Under the pieces are notes generated by a model, which saw only the letters and a program-made list of their open reading frames with translations, had not been told where the DNA came from and did not search any database. Of a stretch of 64,000 nucleotides of DNA, positions 29,081 to 41,097 are shown piece after piece. The DNA is taken from contig JAZKFH010000005.1 in the NCBI GenBank assembly GCA_040386535.1, positions 247,365 to 311,364 on the forward strand, read 5' to 3'. This DNA is from Myxococcota bacterium. GTDB taxonomy: Bacteria > Myxococcota_A > UBA796 > SXON01. Both the position numbers and the translations under genes were made by a program. Within the stretch, counting starts at the first letter, position 1. The number at the start of each line of letters is the position of its first letter.

Positions 29081-30109
29081 ATGTTGCTGCTCCTCGGCCT
29101 CGCGCTCGCCGCCGATCCCGTCCCCTCCCCCGCGCCGCTGGACGCGCCCGCGGCCGCCCCGCTCGATCCGTCGGCGCCCACCGAGGCCCCCGCCTTCGGC
29201 CGCACGGTGGACGAGTCCATCGTCGAGGCGATCACGCTCCGCCAGCGCGGCGATGTCGACGGGGCGCGCGCCTTGCTCATCGCGCTCGAGACCCGGGTGC
29301 CCGCCGAGAGCCTGCCCACCTACCTCTACCAGCGCGGCCTGTGCGAGGAGCTCGACGGCGAGCCCGAGAAGGCCCGGGCGTTCTACGAGCAGGTGATCGC
29401 CCTCGCGGCGAGCGAGCCCGCGTCTGCCGACGGCGGCGTGGCGCTCGACGCCCACTTCCGCCGCGCGCTGGTGCTCGAAGAGCTCGGCCTGCACGACGCG
29501 GCCCTGCTGGAGGTGCTCGCGCTCGATCGTGTGCGCGGGCTCTCCGCGGAGGACGAGCTGACCGTGGCGCTCCAGCGCGGCATCTCCGAGCTGCTCACCG
29601 GCAAACGCGCGCGCGGGATCCGTCGCATCCAGAAGTCGCTCGCCGCCACCGAGGGCGCCACCACCCACGGCTACCTGCGCGCGAAGGCCCGCTACCACCT
29701 CGCGCGCGCCCTGCTCGAAGAGGCCGACGCCCTCTCGCTCGACGGGGCCGAGCGCCGCGTGGTCAAGCGCCTCGAAGGGCGCGCCCTGCGCATCAAGGCC
29801 GCGGAGCAGCAGATCATCGCGCTCGCCGCGCTCCAGGAGCCCGAGTGGGTGCTGGCGAGCCTCATCTCGCTCGGCGACAGCTACGGCCGCCTCGCGGCGG
29901 ATCTCGGCGCGAGCCCGCCGCCGAAGCGCCTCGACGACGCGCAGGCCACGATCTACCGGGCGGAGATCGCCAAGAAGGTGGAGAACGTGCGGACCAAGTC
30001 GTTCCACGCCTACGACTCGGGCGTGGCGCTCGCGACGCGCCTCGCGTGGGAGAGCGGCCGCGTCGCGACGCTGAAGGAGCGCCGCGACGGGTTCGCGGGC
30101 CAGCGCTGA
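29081..30109 (+). CDS. Secreted TPR-like helical repeat protein
   Basis: Signal peptide; TPR-like 'YLYQRGLCEELDGEPEKARAFYEQVI', 'AHFRRALVLEELG'. Confidence 0.65.
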   Translation: MLLLLGLALAADPVPSPAPLDAPAAAPLDPSAPTEAPAFGRTVDESIVEAITLRQRGDVDGARALLIALETRVPAESLPTYLYQRGLCEELDGEPEKARAFYEQVIALAASEPASADGGVALDAHFRRALVLEELGLHDAALLEVLALDRVRGLSAEDELTVALQRGISELLTGKRARGIRRIQKSLAATEGATTHGYLRAKARYHLARALLEEADALSLDGAERRVVKRLEGRALRIKAAEQQIIALAALQEPEWVLASLISLGDSYGRLAADLGASPPPKRLDDAQATIYRAEIAKKVENVRTKSFHAYDSGVALATRLAWESGRVATLKERRDGFAGQR

Positions 30110-30132
30110 CGGGTTGACCGCGTTGCGAGCGC

Positions 30133-31191
30133 TCAGTTCTCGAGCGCCCGCGCCGCCTCGACGCGGTGGCTGGGCACCATGACCTGGAGCCGGTCGCCGG
30201 TCACGAAGGGCTCCTCGGCCGCGAGCTCCGTGCGCCACGCCCCGTTGCGCGCGAGCGCCACGAAGGTGAGCCCGTGGTCCCGCGTCAACGTGACGGTGGT
30301 GCCGCCGGCGAGGCGCGGGCCGACGGCGAGCTCGACCACGAGGAGGAGCTTGCCGCCGACGCGGTGGGTGCCGACCACGTGCGCGTCGAGCGCGGCCGAG
30401 GCGAACAGCGGGGCCGCCACCATCGACGTGGAGAGGCTCACCTGGATGCCCATCGTCTGGCGCACCTTCTGCGCGAGCCGCTGGTCGAACAGGCGCACGA
30501 TGATGGGCACGTCGGCACGGATTTCGCGCACGTCCATCGCGATCTCGAGGTTGGCCAGGTCGTCGTCGGTGACGATGATGACCGCGCGCGCGGTCGCGAT
30601 GTTGAGCGAGCGCATGTAGTTCTCCGTGCGCGCGTCTCCCACGAGCACCTCGACCCCGAGCTCACGCGCGCGGGGGATGAACTCGCCGTCGCCGTTGCGC
30701 TCGATCACGAACACCTGCTCGCCGAGCGCCACGAGCTCCTCCACCACGCGGAACCCGACGGTGCCGAGCCCGCACACGACCACGTGACCGCGACTCTTGT
30801 CCGCCATGATGCGTATCCACTCCTCGGCGTTCTGCTGCTTGTTGAACACCGTGAACCCGAGCTTGAGGACCCCTTCCGCCACGAACACGATGCCGACGAG
30901 CGGCATCAGGTAGAGCACGGCCTGCGCCCACGGCACCGCGGGCAGCGGCGCCCCGATCTCGCCCATGAGCAGGCAGTAGGCGGTGAACATCGCCTCGTCC
31001 CACCGCGGCTGCGGGCCGCCGGGCGGGGCGCCCCAGAAGCGCTCGACCACCGTGCCGATGACGAACGCGATGAACAGGGCGCCGAGCGGCCGCACCAGCA
31101 CCCGCATGGCCCGCGCGAAGAAGGCGACCTCGGCCCACCAGCCACGGAGGCGCCGTTCGAGGCGGCGGCGCTGCGCGGAGGGGGTGGGCAT
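30133..31191 (-). CDS. K+ channel-like protein with TrkA_N (RCK) domain
   Basis: Two TM helices plus pore-like segment; 'HVVVCGLGTVGFRV', 'TDDDLANLEIA', 'IIVRLFD'. Confidence 0.85.
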   Translation of the reverse strand: MPTPSAQRRRLERRLRGWWAEVAFFARAMRVLVRPLGALFIAFVIGTVVERFWGAPPGGPQPRWDEAMFTAYCLLMGEIGAPLPAVPWAQAVLYLMPLVGIVFVAEGVLKLGFTVFNKQQNAEEWIRIMADKSRGHVVVCGLGTVGFRVVEELVALGEQVFVIERNGDGEFIPRARELGVEVLVGDARTENYMRSLNIATARAVIIVTDDDLANLEIAMDVREIRADVPIIVRLFDQRLAQKVRQTMGIQVSLSTSMVAAPLFASAALDAHVVGTHRVGGKLLLVVELAVGPRLAGGTTVTLTRDHGLTFVALARNGAWRTELAAEEPFVTGDRLQVMVPSHRVEAARALEN

Positions 31192-31295
31192 GACGACGCG
31201 CGAAGGTAGCACGAGCACGCGCGCGAGGGACGCCCGGCGGCCCGACCCCGCCGCTCGGGGCGGGGGCGCGCCCTGGCTCCCGGCGACGCGCTCCC

Positions 31296-31330
31296 AAAAC
31301 GAAGAAAGCCCCCGCCGAGGCGAGGGCTCT
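31296..31330 (-). terminator. Intrinsic terminator after ftsZ
   Basis: Minus strand AGAGCCCTCGCC-TC-GGCGGGGGCTTT followed by CTTCGTTTT. Confidence 0.7.
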
Positions 31331-31366
31331 CCGTGGCCCCCTCCTTGGAGGAGGCGGCCCGAAGGA

Positions 31367-32488
31367 CTAGTCCTTCCCGCGGTAGAACGTGGGGATGTCG
31401 TAGTCATCGCCGCGGAGCGTGTCGAACCCGCTCACGACGCCGCCGCGGGAGGGGCCGCGGGGGGACATGCCGGCGTTGACCGCCTTCTGGAGGCGGACCT
31501 CGGCGGGCGGGGTGCGGACGTTCTGGCGGATGGCCTCCTGAAAGCCGGTCGCCACCACGGTCACGCGGACGGTGTCACCCATCGACTCGTCTACGACGAG
31601 GCCGAAGATCACGTTCACGTCTTCCGCGGTCTCCTCGCCCACCATGTGCGCGGCCTCGTTCACCTCGTAGAGCGTGAGGCTGGACGAACCGGTGAAGTTC
31701 AGGAGCACGCTGGTGGCGCCGCTGATGGACACGTCATCCAGGAGGGGCGACGAGATGGCGCGCTGCGCCGCGTCGACCGTGCGGTGCTGGCCGCTGCCGA
31801 GACCCACGCCCATGAGCGCGAGGCCCTTGTCCTTCATGATCGTGCGCACGTCGGCAAAATCGATGTTGATGATGCCCTGGTAGTTGATGAGGTCGGCGAT
31901 GCCCTTGACGGCCTGGAGCAGCACGTCGTCGGCCATGCCGAAGGCCTCGGCCATCAACGTCTTCTCCGACGCCATGGTCAGGAGGCGCTGGTTCGGGATG
32001 GTGATCAGCGTGTCGACGTGGGACATCATGTTCTCGATGCCCTCTTCCGCCTGACGACGCCGACGCTTGCCCTCGAAGGGGAACGGGCGGGTGACGACGC
32101 CCACGGTGAGGCAGCCGAGCTCGCGCGCGACTTCGCACACCACGGGGGCCGCGCCGGTGCCGGTGCCGCCGCCCATGCCGGCGGTGACGAAGACCATGTC
32201 CGCGCCGGCGATGAGCTCGGCGAGCCGATCGCGATCCTCGAGCGCGGCTTCACGGCCCACTTCGGGGTCGGCGCCGGCGCCGAGGCCCTTGGTGAGCTGG
32301 GCGCCGAGCTGGAAGCGGCGCGGGGCGAGGGACCGCTTGAGGTCCTGCCCGTCGGTGTTGATCGCGATGAACTCGACCCCGGTGAGGCCGGACCGGACCA
32401 TGTTGTTGATGGCGTTGCCGCCGCCGCCACCGACGCCGATGACCTTGATGCGCGCGCCGCTGTGCTCGTTGTCTACGATCTCGATCAT
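31367..32488 (-). CDS. ftsZ: Cell division protein FtsZ
   Basis: '[13 protein letters not shown]', '[12 protein letters not shown]', 'NIDFADV', C-terminal 'DIPTF'. Confidence 0.98.
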   Translation of the reverse strand: MIEIVDNEHSGARIKVIGVGGGGGNAINNMVRSGLTGVEFIAINTDGQDLKRSLAPRRFQLGAQLTKGLGAGADPEVGREAALEDRDRLAELIAGADMVFVTAGMGGGTGTGAAPVVCEVARELGCLTVGVVTRPFPFEGKRRRRQAEEGIENMMSHVDTLITIPNQRLLTMASEKTLMAEAFGMADDVLLQAVKGIADLINYQGIINIDFADVRTIMKDKGLALMGVGLGSGQHRTVDAAQRAISSPLLDDVSISGATSVLLNFTGSSSLTLYEVNEAAHMVGEETAEDVNVIFGLVVDESMGDTVRVTVVATGFQEAIRQNVRTPPAEVRLQKAVNAGMSPRGPSRGGVVSGFDTLRGDDYDIPTFYRGKD

Positions 32489-32559
32489 GGCGACCTCGGG
32501 GGGGATTCCTGTCTGCCGGGACAGGAAGAGGAGGGTGGGAGCTGGGGAAGCTGGGGGAT

Positions 32560-33339
32560 TCAGAGGGGGGAGACGACGGCCATCTTGGGGTAGCCGAGGT
32601 CGATGCGAAGGGGGCGGGAGAGATCGACGCCGCGAGAGGCCAGCTCGTCGAGGCGGGAGAACGCGGAGGCGGTGCCGGAGCCGGGCTCCGCGTGGCCCGT
32701 GCCGGGGAAGCCCAGCAGGACCTCTCCGCCATTCCGGAGCGCGAGCGTATATCCCGATTCTGCGTCAAAACGCACCTCGGAGATGTCGACTTCACGCAAA
32801 CCCGCGCGCCCCGGCGCCGCGTCGAGGATGCCAAGTGCATCGTGCACGATCCGGCGGGCGAGGGCCGGATCCGAATCGGCCAGCGCGGGGGGGATCCCGG
32901 TCAGGATCGGATGGTCGAGCTGGTCCGGATCGGCGCGCCGAAACGGGGTGCCCTCGGTGTCGACCAGGTAGAGCCCGTCCAGCAGCAGCAGCGCCCGAAC
33001 CTGGCGTTCGCGCACCTGAATCACGACGGTATCCGGAAACACGCGACGCGCCTCGGCCTCGGCCACCCACGGATGGCGGGCCACCCCGGCCATCGCGGCG
33101 TCGAGATCGAGGGTGAGGAGGGGGGCGCCGGGCGTGAGATCGGCGAGGTGCCGCAGTTGCGCGACCGACGCATGGTCGTTCCCCACCACCCGCAGCGTGC
33201 GGAAGCGCATCGCCTCGCTGCCCAAGGCGAGCCAGCCCAGCCCACCCACGAGGGCGGACACGGACACGACGGTGAGGGCGGCGCGGAGCAGGGACAAGCG
33301 GATCCCAGAAGCGTACCGACCGTTGTACCGGAGGGGCAC
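32560..33339 (-). CDS. ftsQ: Cell division protein FtsQ/DivIB (start uncertain)
   Basis: TM helix plus POTRA 'VVGN...[24 protein letters not shown]'; C-terminal 'RIDL'. Confidence 0.88.
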   Translation of the reverse strand: MPLRYNGRYASGIRLSLLRAALTVVSVSALVGGLGWLALGSEAMRFRTLRVVGNDHASVAQLRHLADLTPGAPLLTLDLDAAMAGVARHPWVAEAEARRVFPDTVVIQVRERQVRALLLLDGLYLVDTEGTPFRRADPDQLDHPILTGIPPALADSDPALARRIVHDALGILDAAPGRAGLREVDISEVRFDAESGYTLALRNGGEVLLGFPGTGHAEPGSGTASAFSRLDELASRGVDLSRPLRIDLGYPKMAVVSPL

Positions 33340-33416
33340 GCCATTGACAAGGCAAGACGACAAAGATCTCGACTTCGAGAGAGTCCGGTCCAAGTTCCCG
33401 GATCCTTACATCAGAA

Positions 33417-34291
33417 CTACAGTTTGCCGCCGCGGCCGGGGGGCGCCATGCGGTCGTCCAGCTCGAGGCCGGTGGCGGTGTGGACCCGCTCCCGGACGGC
33501 CTGGAGGAGGAGCCGGAGCTGGCGGGCGGAGCCGTCGCCGCGGTTGGCGAGCACCGTGGGATCCTCCTCGGCGAGGATTGCGCCGCCGAGGCGGAGCCCG
33601 CCGAGGCCGAGGTTGCGGAGGAGCTCCGGCAGCGCGGGCAGGTTGCGACGCTTGTGGTCGCGAAAGGCGCGCCCGGCCGGCGGCGGATGGAGCTTGACGC
33701 CCGGGCGGAGGAGCGCGGCCACCACGAGCGACTTCGCGTCGGGCGCCATGCCGGGGGTGGGCTCGATCTCGTCGATGCCGCGGGAGCGGAAGCGACGGAG
33801 GCGGACGACGGCGGGCAGGATCCAGCCGTCCTCCCAGGCGTCGGCGAGGGTGCCGGGCACGCGGGCGTAGGCGGCGAAACCCGTGCGGAGGCCGAGCAGG
33901 GCGAGCGGCGTGGCGGCCCCGATCCAGACGCCCGCTTCGTCGTCGCGGATGAACTCGAAGCCGACGCCGAGGCGCAACCCCACGCCGGTGAGGCCCCCTT
34001 CTGGCGGCATCGCGTCGCAGAAGGGCGGGAGCGGGCGCAACGCCAGCTTCTCGGCCCGCGCCGCCTTGACGACCGCGAGGAGCGCGGCCTCGTCATCCAC
34101 CTGGACCCACAGCTCGAACGTGCCGCCGGTGCGGAGCGGGAGGTGCCGCCCGATGGGCTCCTCCTCGTGCGCGGTCACCCCGCCGAGGAGGCGGGGCGGG
34201 CGCTCGGCCTTCGGCTCGACGGCGGTCGCGAGGGGGGCGGGCTCCGGCGTGGTCCCCTCCCCCTCGGCGACGGCAATCGGCTCGGGCACGC

Positions 34292-34295
<4 letters not shown>
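33417..34295 (-). CDS. Divergent MurB-fold protein lacking catalytic motifs
   Basis: murB position; 'EPIGRHLPLRTGG', 'VPGTL', 'LGGA...LANRGDGSARQL...VRERV...GLEL' follow MurB, but GxGSN, MNAG, YRxS, GSxFKN and ExE are missing. Confidence 0.7.
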
Positions 34296-35679
<1,384 letters not shown>

Positions 35680-35680
<1 letters not shown>

Positions 35681-36855
35681 CAGGCGCCTCGCGAGAACAT
35701 GGAGGCGACGCGCGCACCGACGCGCGGCGTCGGCTCCGGGGCACCGTTCGGCGCGGGCACGGCGTCGGTCTCGCGCGCCTCGGCGGACACCGACAGCAGG
35801 ACCCCGACGGCCGCGAGGTTGACCATCATCGCGCTCGCGCCGTAGCTGATGAACGGGAGCACGAGGCCCTTGGGCGGCACGAGGCTGGTGACGACGCCGA
35901 GGTTCAGGCACGCCTGCGCCACGATCATCGCGGTGAAGGTGCTGGCGAGCAGCGCCCCGAACGGATCCGCCGCGCGCCGGGCGATGGAGAAGCCGCGCGC
36001 CGCGAAGAGGCCGTAGAGCATCAGGAGGAGGCACATGCCGACGAGCCCGAGCTCCTCGCCGAGCACGGCCGCGATGAAGTCGTTGTACGGCTCCGGCAGG
36101 TACAGCAGCTTTGCCGAGCCCTCGCCGGGGCCCTGCCCGAACAGGCCGCCGTGGTGCATCGCGAGCAGCGACTGGCACACCTGGTAGCCGTCACCCGAGC
36201 AGTCGGCGAACGGGTCCATGAAGCTCATCAGCCGCTTGATGCGGTAGGGCTCGGCCACCATCAGCAGGCCCAGGCCGCCCACCATCGCCGCTCCGCCGCC
36301 CGCGATCCACGCCCAGCGCAGCCCGGCGAAGAAGAACATGAGCCCGGCGAGCACCGTGATGATCGCGGTCGAGCCGAAGTCGGGCTGGAGCGCCACGAGT
36401 GTGAGCGGGAACGCCAGCATGCCGGCCGCGCCGAGCAGGACGCGCTGGCCGTGGATGTCGGTGCGGTTGCGGTGGAGCCACGTCGCGAGGCACACCAGCA
36501 GGACCACCTTGAGGAACTCGGCGGGCTGGAAGTGGATGCCGCCGACGCCGAACCAGCGCGCCGAGCCGTTGGCCGCGTGCCCGATCCCGGGGACCCACAC
36601 GAGGAACAGCGACAACGTCGTGAGCACGTAGAGCGTAGGCGCCCACGCCCGGAGCCGCTTGTACGGGAGCCGCGCGAGCACCGCCATGAACACGAAGCCG
36701 AGCAGCGCCGCGAACCCCTGGCGGGTCACGTGGTGCATCGCGTTCTTGTACTGTTCGGCGGCGATGAACGCGCTCGCCGAGTACACCATCGCCAGCCCGA
36801 ACGCGACGAGCGTGAGCGTGAGGAACAGGAGCGGAAGATCGTAGCGGCGCTTCAT
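35680..36855 (-). CDS. ftsW: Peptidoglycan polymerase FtsW
   Basis: 'MVYSAS', 'RW...FQPAEF.K', 'QPDFG', 'YLPEPYNDFI', 'LPFISYG'. Confidence 0.95.
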
Positions 36856-38228
36856 GCGGGCAGCCCCCGCACCAGCGCGCGGAAGTGCCGCCCGCGGTGC
36901 TCGAAATCGGTGAACGCGTCGAACGACGCACAAGCGGGCGAGAGCAGGACCGTGTCGCCGTCACGGGCAGCGGTGGCGAGCAACGCCACGGCGTCGTCGA
37001 GACCGGGGACGCGCTGCGGCCGCAGCCCGGAGGCCTCGAGCACCGTCGCGATGCGCGGGCCCGCCTCGCCGAAGCAGACCACGCCGCGCACCTTGCGGAG
37101 CGGCTCGGCGAGCGCCTCGTAGGCGGCGCCCTCCTTGCCGCGCCCGCCGAGGAGCACCCAGGTTCCCGGGCCGATGCCGCGCACCGCCGCGAGCGCGGCC
37201 TCGACGTTCGTGGCCTTGGAGTCGTCAATCCAGGTGACGCCGCGCCGCACCGCCACGCGCTCCATGCGGTGGGGCAGCCCTTCCAGGCCGGCCAGCCGCA
37301 GATCCTGGCGCCACAGGCCGCCACAGAGGGCGAGCAGCACGGCGCACGCGACGTTCTCGCGGTTGTGGGCGCCGGGAAGGTCGAAGCCGTCGAGCGACAC
37401 GTCGCCCGGATCGTGGACGCCGTCGAGCACGAGGCGGTCGGCCATCACGCGGACGCCCGGGCTACCGCCGAGCCACAGGCGACGGCCCGGGAGCAGGGCG
37501 GACAGGCGGATGAGCCGCGCGTCGTCGAACGGCACCAGCGCGAAGTCGGCCGGCCCCATCTTCGCGAACAGGCGGCACTTGGCCTCGCCGTACGCGTCCA
37601 TGGTGCCGTGGCGCTCGAGGTGATCGGGCGTGAGGTTCAGGATCGCGGCCGCGCGCGGGCGGAAGCCGGGGATCCGCTTGCCGCCGCCGGCCAGCTCCAT
37701 CTGGTAGCTGGACACCTCGACGACGCACATCTCGAGGTCCTGGCCGACCGCGAGGGAGAGCGGCTGGCCGAGGTTTCCGCCGGTGAACGTGCGGAGGCCG
37801 GCGCGCTCGCAGAGCTGGCCGAGCAGGTGCGTGGTGGTGCTCTTGCCGTTGGTGCCGCTGACCGCCAGGATGGGGGCGGAGAGGAACGCCGCCGCGAACG
37901 CGAGCTCGCCGACGACCTCGACGCCCGACGCGATCGCGGCGACGAGGTCGGGCTGGCGGGCGGGCACGCCGGGCGAGACCACGACGAGATCGGCGCCGAC
38001 GAAGTCCTCGCGGCGATGCGCACCGTACACGGGCTCGGTGCCGACGACGACCGGGGCGTCTGCCCGCAGGTCGGTGCACGTCACCTTGGCGCCCCGCCGC
38101 ACGGCGAGCTCGGCCGCGGCCACGCCGGAGCGGGCCATGCCGACGACGAGCACGCGCAGGCCGCGCAGATCGGGGCCGTGCGGCGCGGCGCCCACGATGG
38201 CGGCGGTGGCGGCGGCGGGCGAGCTCAT
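36852..38228 (-). CDS. murD: UDP-MurNAc-L-Ala--D-Glu ligase
   Basis: 'VVSPGVP', 'GTNGKSTTT', 'EVSSYQ', 'NLTPDHLERH', 'DDSKATN', 'LLSPACASFD'. Confidence 0.96.
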   Translation of the reverse strand: MSSPAAATAAIVGAAPHGPDLRGLRVLVVGMARSGVAAAELAVRRGAKVTCTDLRADAPVVVGTEPVYGAHRREDFVGADLVVVSPGVPARQPDLVAAIASGVEVVGELAFAAAFLSAPILAVSGTNGKSTTTHLLGQLCERAGLRTFTGGNLGQPLSLAVGQDLEMCVVEVSSYQMELAGGGKRIPGFRPRAAAILNLTPDHLERHGTMDAYGEAKCRLFAKMGPADFALVPFDDARLIRLSALLPGRRLWLGGSPGVRVMADRLVLDGVHDPGDVSLDGFDLPGAHNRENVACAVLLALCGGLWRQDLRLAGLEGLPHRMERVAVRRGVTWIDDSKATNVEAALAAVRGIGPGTWVLLGGRGKEGAAYEALAEPLRKVRGVVCFGEAGPRIATVLEASGLRPQRVPGLDDAVALLATAARDGDTVLLSPACASFDAFTDFEHRGRHFRALVRGLPA

Positions 38229-39328
38229 CGCAGCTTCAGCGTGGAGAGGGCCACGACCGCGAGCAGCGCGGAGATGATCCAGAACCGCACGATGATCTTC
38301 GGCTCGCTCCAGCCCACCTTCTCGAAGTGGTGGTGGATCGGCGCCATCTTCAGCAGGCGCTTGCCCGTGCGCTTGAACCAGAAGACCTGGGCGATGACGG
38401 AGAGGGTCTCCATCACGAAGATGCCGCCGACGAGGGCCAGGAGCATCTCGTGCTTGGTGATGACCGCGAGGGCGCCGAGCGCGCCGCCGAGGGCGAGCGA
38501 GCCCACGTCGCCCATGAAGATCTGGGCGGGGTAGCAGTTGTACCAGAGGAACCCGAGGCCGGCGCCCACGATCGCGAGGGAGAACACGGACAACTCCCCG
38601 GCGCCCGCGATCTGGGGGATGCCGAGGTAGGCCGAAAACTCGGCGTGTCCCGCCACGTAGGCGAGCACGGCGAACGTACCCGCGCTGGTGATGGTGGAGC
38701 CGATGGCGAGGCCGTCCAGCCCGTCCGTGAGGTTCACGGCGTTGGACGCGCCGACGAGCACGAACACGCCGATGAGCACGTAGATCCAGCCGAGCACGTC
38801 GGGGGCGCCGGGCCAGAGCTCCGCGAAGTCGATGATGGCGTGCTTGAAGAACGGGAGATGGAGCTGGGCGTCCATCACGCCGGTGACGTAGGCGACGCCG
38901 AACACGGCGAACCCGATCGCGGTCTGCCAGAAGAGCTTCCACCGCCCGGCGAGGCCGTCGGCCGTGCGCTCCATCACCTTCTTCCAGTCGTCGTAGAACC
39001 CGATGGCGCCGTACCCGAGGGTCACGATCAGCACCATCCACAAGCGCGGCTCGTCGATGCGGCCCCAGAGGAGGGCCGCGAGGGTGATCCCGGCCAGCAT
39101 GACGACGCCGCCCATCGTCGGGGTGCCGACCTTGTTCTCGATGTGCTCCTGCGGCCCGTCGGCGCGGATGATCTGCTCCATCCGCTTGGTGCGGAGCCAC
39201 CCGATGAACGCCGGATACGCGACGTAGCAGACGACCAGCGCCGTCACGAAGGCCGACGCGGACCGGAACGTCACGTACCGGAACACGTTCATCGGCCCAT
39301 CGAGGGACTGGAGGAGGAAGGTCAACAT
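38225..39328 (-). CDS. mraY: Phospho-MurNAc-pentapeptide transferase
   Basis: 'KVGTPTMGG', 'SNAVNLTDGLDGLA', 'FMGDVGSL', 'MAPIHHHFE'. Confidence 0.97.
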   Translation of the reverse strand: MLTFLLQSLDGPMNVFRYVTFRSASAFVTALVVCYVAYPAFIGWLRTKRMEQIIRADGPQEHIENKVGTPTMGGVVMLAGITLAALLWGRIDEPRLWMVLIVTLGYGAIGFYDDWKKVMERTADGLAGRWKLFWQTAIGFAVFGVAYVTGVMDAQLHLPFFKHAIIDFAELWPGAPDVLGWIYVLIGVFVLVGASNAVNLTDGLDGLAIGSTITSAGTFAVLAYVAGHAEFSAYLGIPQIAGAGELSVFSLAIVGAGLGFLWYNCYPAQIFMGDVGSLALGGALGALAVITKHEMLLALVGGIFVMETLSVIAQVFWFKRTGKRLLKMAPIHHHFEKVGWSEPKIIVRFWIISALLAVVALSTLKLR

Positions 39329-40791
39329 TCGGGGGCCTCGTTCCTGGGGGACCCGCTGCCGTGCGCGAGCGTGCGGAGCAGGTCGGCGGCGACCGCGGCG
39401 TCATCGAACGGAGCGGTGACCGCGCCGGTCTCCTGGGTGGCCTCGTGGCCCTTCCCGGCGATCAGCACGATGTCGCCGGGGCGCGCCGCTTCGAGGGCGG
39501 TGGCGATGGCGAGGCGACGGTCGGGCTGGACGACGTGGGGACGGTCGCCGATGCCCGGCAGGATCGCGGCGATGATCGCCATCGGGTCCTCCGAGCGCGG
39601 GTTGTCGGAGGTGACGAACACCAGATCGCTGCCGTCGGCCGCGGCGCGGCCCATGAGCGGGCGCTTGCCGCGGTCCCGGTCACCGCCGCATCCAAACACG
39701 GTGAGGATACGACGTGGCGAGAGGGCGCGGAGGGCTACGAGCACGCGGGCGAGGGCATCATCGGTGTGTGCGTAGTCTACGAGCACGCCAAAACCAAGCG
39801 CGTTCTCGACCGGCTGGAGTCGGCCCGGGATGAACGGGAGCGCCGCGAGGCCCGCCCGACACGCCTCGAGCGGCACCCCCGCGGCGAGGGCGCCTCCGAG
39901 CGCGCCGAGCGCATTGTCGACGTTGTGGGCGCCCACCAGGCGCATGCTCCCCTCGAAGCTGCCCATCGGGGTGACCCACCGCGCCTGGGTCCCGTTCGCG
40001 GTGCTCACGACGTTCTCGGCGCGCAGATCAGCGTCGTTGAACCACCAGGTGGGGCGGCCGACGGGCGCCATGTCCGCCGAGGCGGGGTCGGCCGCGTTCA
40101 GGATCGCGGTGCCGGCCAGGAGCTCACGGAACAGGCGGGCCTTCGACGCGGCGTAGGCCTCCATCGTGCCGTGCCAGTCGAGGTGATCACGCGTGAGGTT
40201 CGTGAAGATGGCGGCGCGGAACGGGATGGCGTCGATGCGATGGGCGGCCAACCCGATGCTCGAGGCCTCGACCGCCACGAAGCCACAGCCGGCGTCGCGC
40301 ATGCGCGCGAGCAGGGCCTGGAGCGCCGGCGCCCCCGGGGTCGTGTGGGAGGCGGGCATCTTCTCGTCGTCGATGTAGACGCCGGTCGTGCCGATGATCC
40401 CGACGCGGAGGCCGGCCGCGCGCGCCATCGCGGCGAGGAGGAAGGTCGTGCTGGTCTTGCCGTTCGTGCCGGTGACGGCGACGACGGGCATGGACGCGCC
40501 GGGGTCCCCCAGCCGCGCGGCACAGAGCGGGGCGAGGGCCACGCGGGTGTCGGCCACGCGCACGACCGTCGGACCGGGGGGCACCACGCGGTCCTGATCG
40601 ACGACGACCGTGGCCGCGTGGGCCATCCGGTCGAGCCGATCGTGCCCATCGAAACGTCCGCCCTTGATCGCCACGAACACGTCGCCCGGGCCGACCTCGG
40701 CGTCGACGTCCGTGACCCTGCCCACGGGCCGATCGATCGGCCCCGCGACGGCGAGGACGGCAATCCGACCGAGGAGGGAGGAGAGGAGCAT
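39322..40791 (-). CDS. murE: MurE ligase (meso-DAP type)
   Basis: 'VTGTNGKTST', 'TNLTRDHLD', 'VDYAHT', 'FGCGGDRD', DNPR specificity motif, 'AGKGHE'. Confidence 0.95.
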   Translation of the reverse strand: MLLSSLLGRIAVLAVAGPIDRPVGRVTDVDAEVGPGDVFVAIKGGRFDGHDRLDRMAHAATVVVDQDRVVPPGPTVVRVADTRVALAPLCAARLGDPGASMPVVAVTGTNGKTSTTFLLAAMARAAGLRVGIIGTTGVYIDDEKMPASHTTPGAPALQALLARMRDAGCGFVAVEASSIGLAAHRIDAIPFRAAIFTNLTRDHLDWHGTMEAYAASKARLFRELLAGTAILNAADPASADMAPVGRPTWWFNDADLRAENVVSTANGTQARWVTPMGSFEGSMRLVGAHNVDNALGALGGALAAGVPLEACRAGLAALPFIPGRLQPVENALGFGVLVDYAHTDDALARVLVALRALSPRRILTVFGCGGDRDRGKRPLMGRAAADGSDLVFVTSDNPRSEDPMAIIAAILPGIGDRPHVVQPDRRLAIATALEAARPGDIVLIAGKGHEATQETGAVTAPFDDAAVAADLLRTLAHGSGSPRNEAPEC

Positions 40792-40849
40792 GGGCGGGCG
40801 CGGCGGGGGGCGGAGGGGGCGGGAGGCGTGGCGGGCGAGAGGGAGGGGG

Positions 40850-41065
40850 CGTCTCCGAGACAGGACCGGCAATTCAGCACGGAGGGGGAGGAGCACGGCT
40901 GCGGGGTGGCGGTCGAACGCGCGTGGGGTGCCTGGCGGCGGGGGAATGGCGGCCAGGTGGGGGAGGTCGCACCCCAGGTGGGGAGAGCGCGGGCGACGAG
41001 GCCGGAGGAACACCCGGGGAGGGTGGACCCGACCCGCATTTTTGCGTGGTCCTGTCTCGGAGACG
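40850..41065. repeat. 18-bp perfect inverted repeat enclosing 180 bp (MITE-like element or RNA processing stem)
   Basis: CGTCTCCGAGACAGGACC at 40850-40867 and GGTCCTGTCTCGGAGACG at 41048-41065. Confidence 0.8.
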
Positions 41066-41097
41066 GAAACGAAGATGGAAAAGAAGAGGCGATATAG

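Noticed and set aside
36852..39404. Apparent long N-terminal fusions on murD, murC, ftsI, pyrC, LarA, smg and the MYXO-CTERM gene in the ORF track
   Set aside because: Extensions overlap upstream genes in another frame and are Arg/Pro-rich junk; internal starts with overlap or RBS signals explain the genes.
40850..41065. Autonomous IS element or engineered type IIS cloning scar (CGTCTC/GAGACG in the arms)
   Set aside because: No transposase ORF or clear target duplication and no vector-like sequence; kept only as an inverted-repeat finding.
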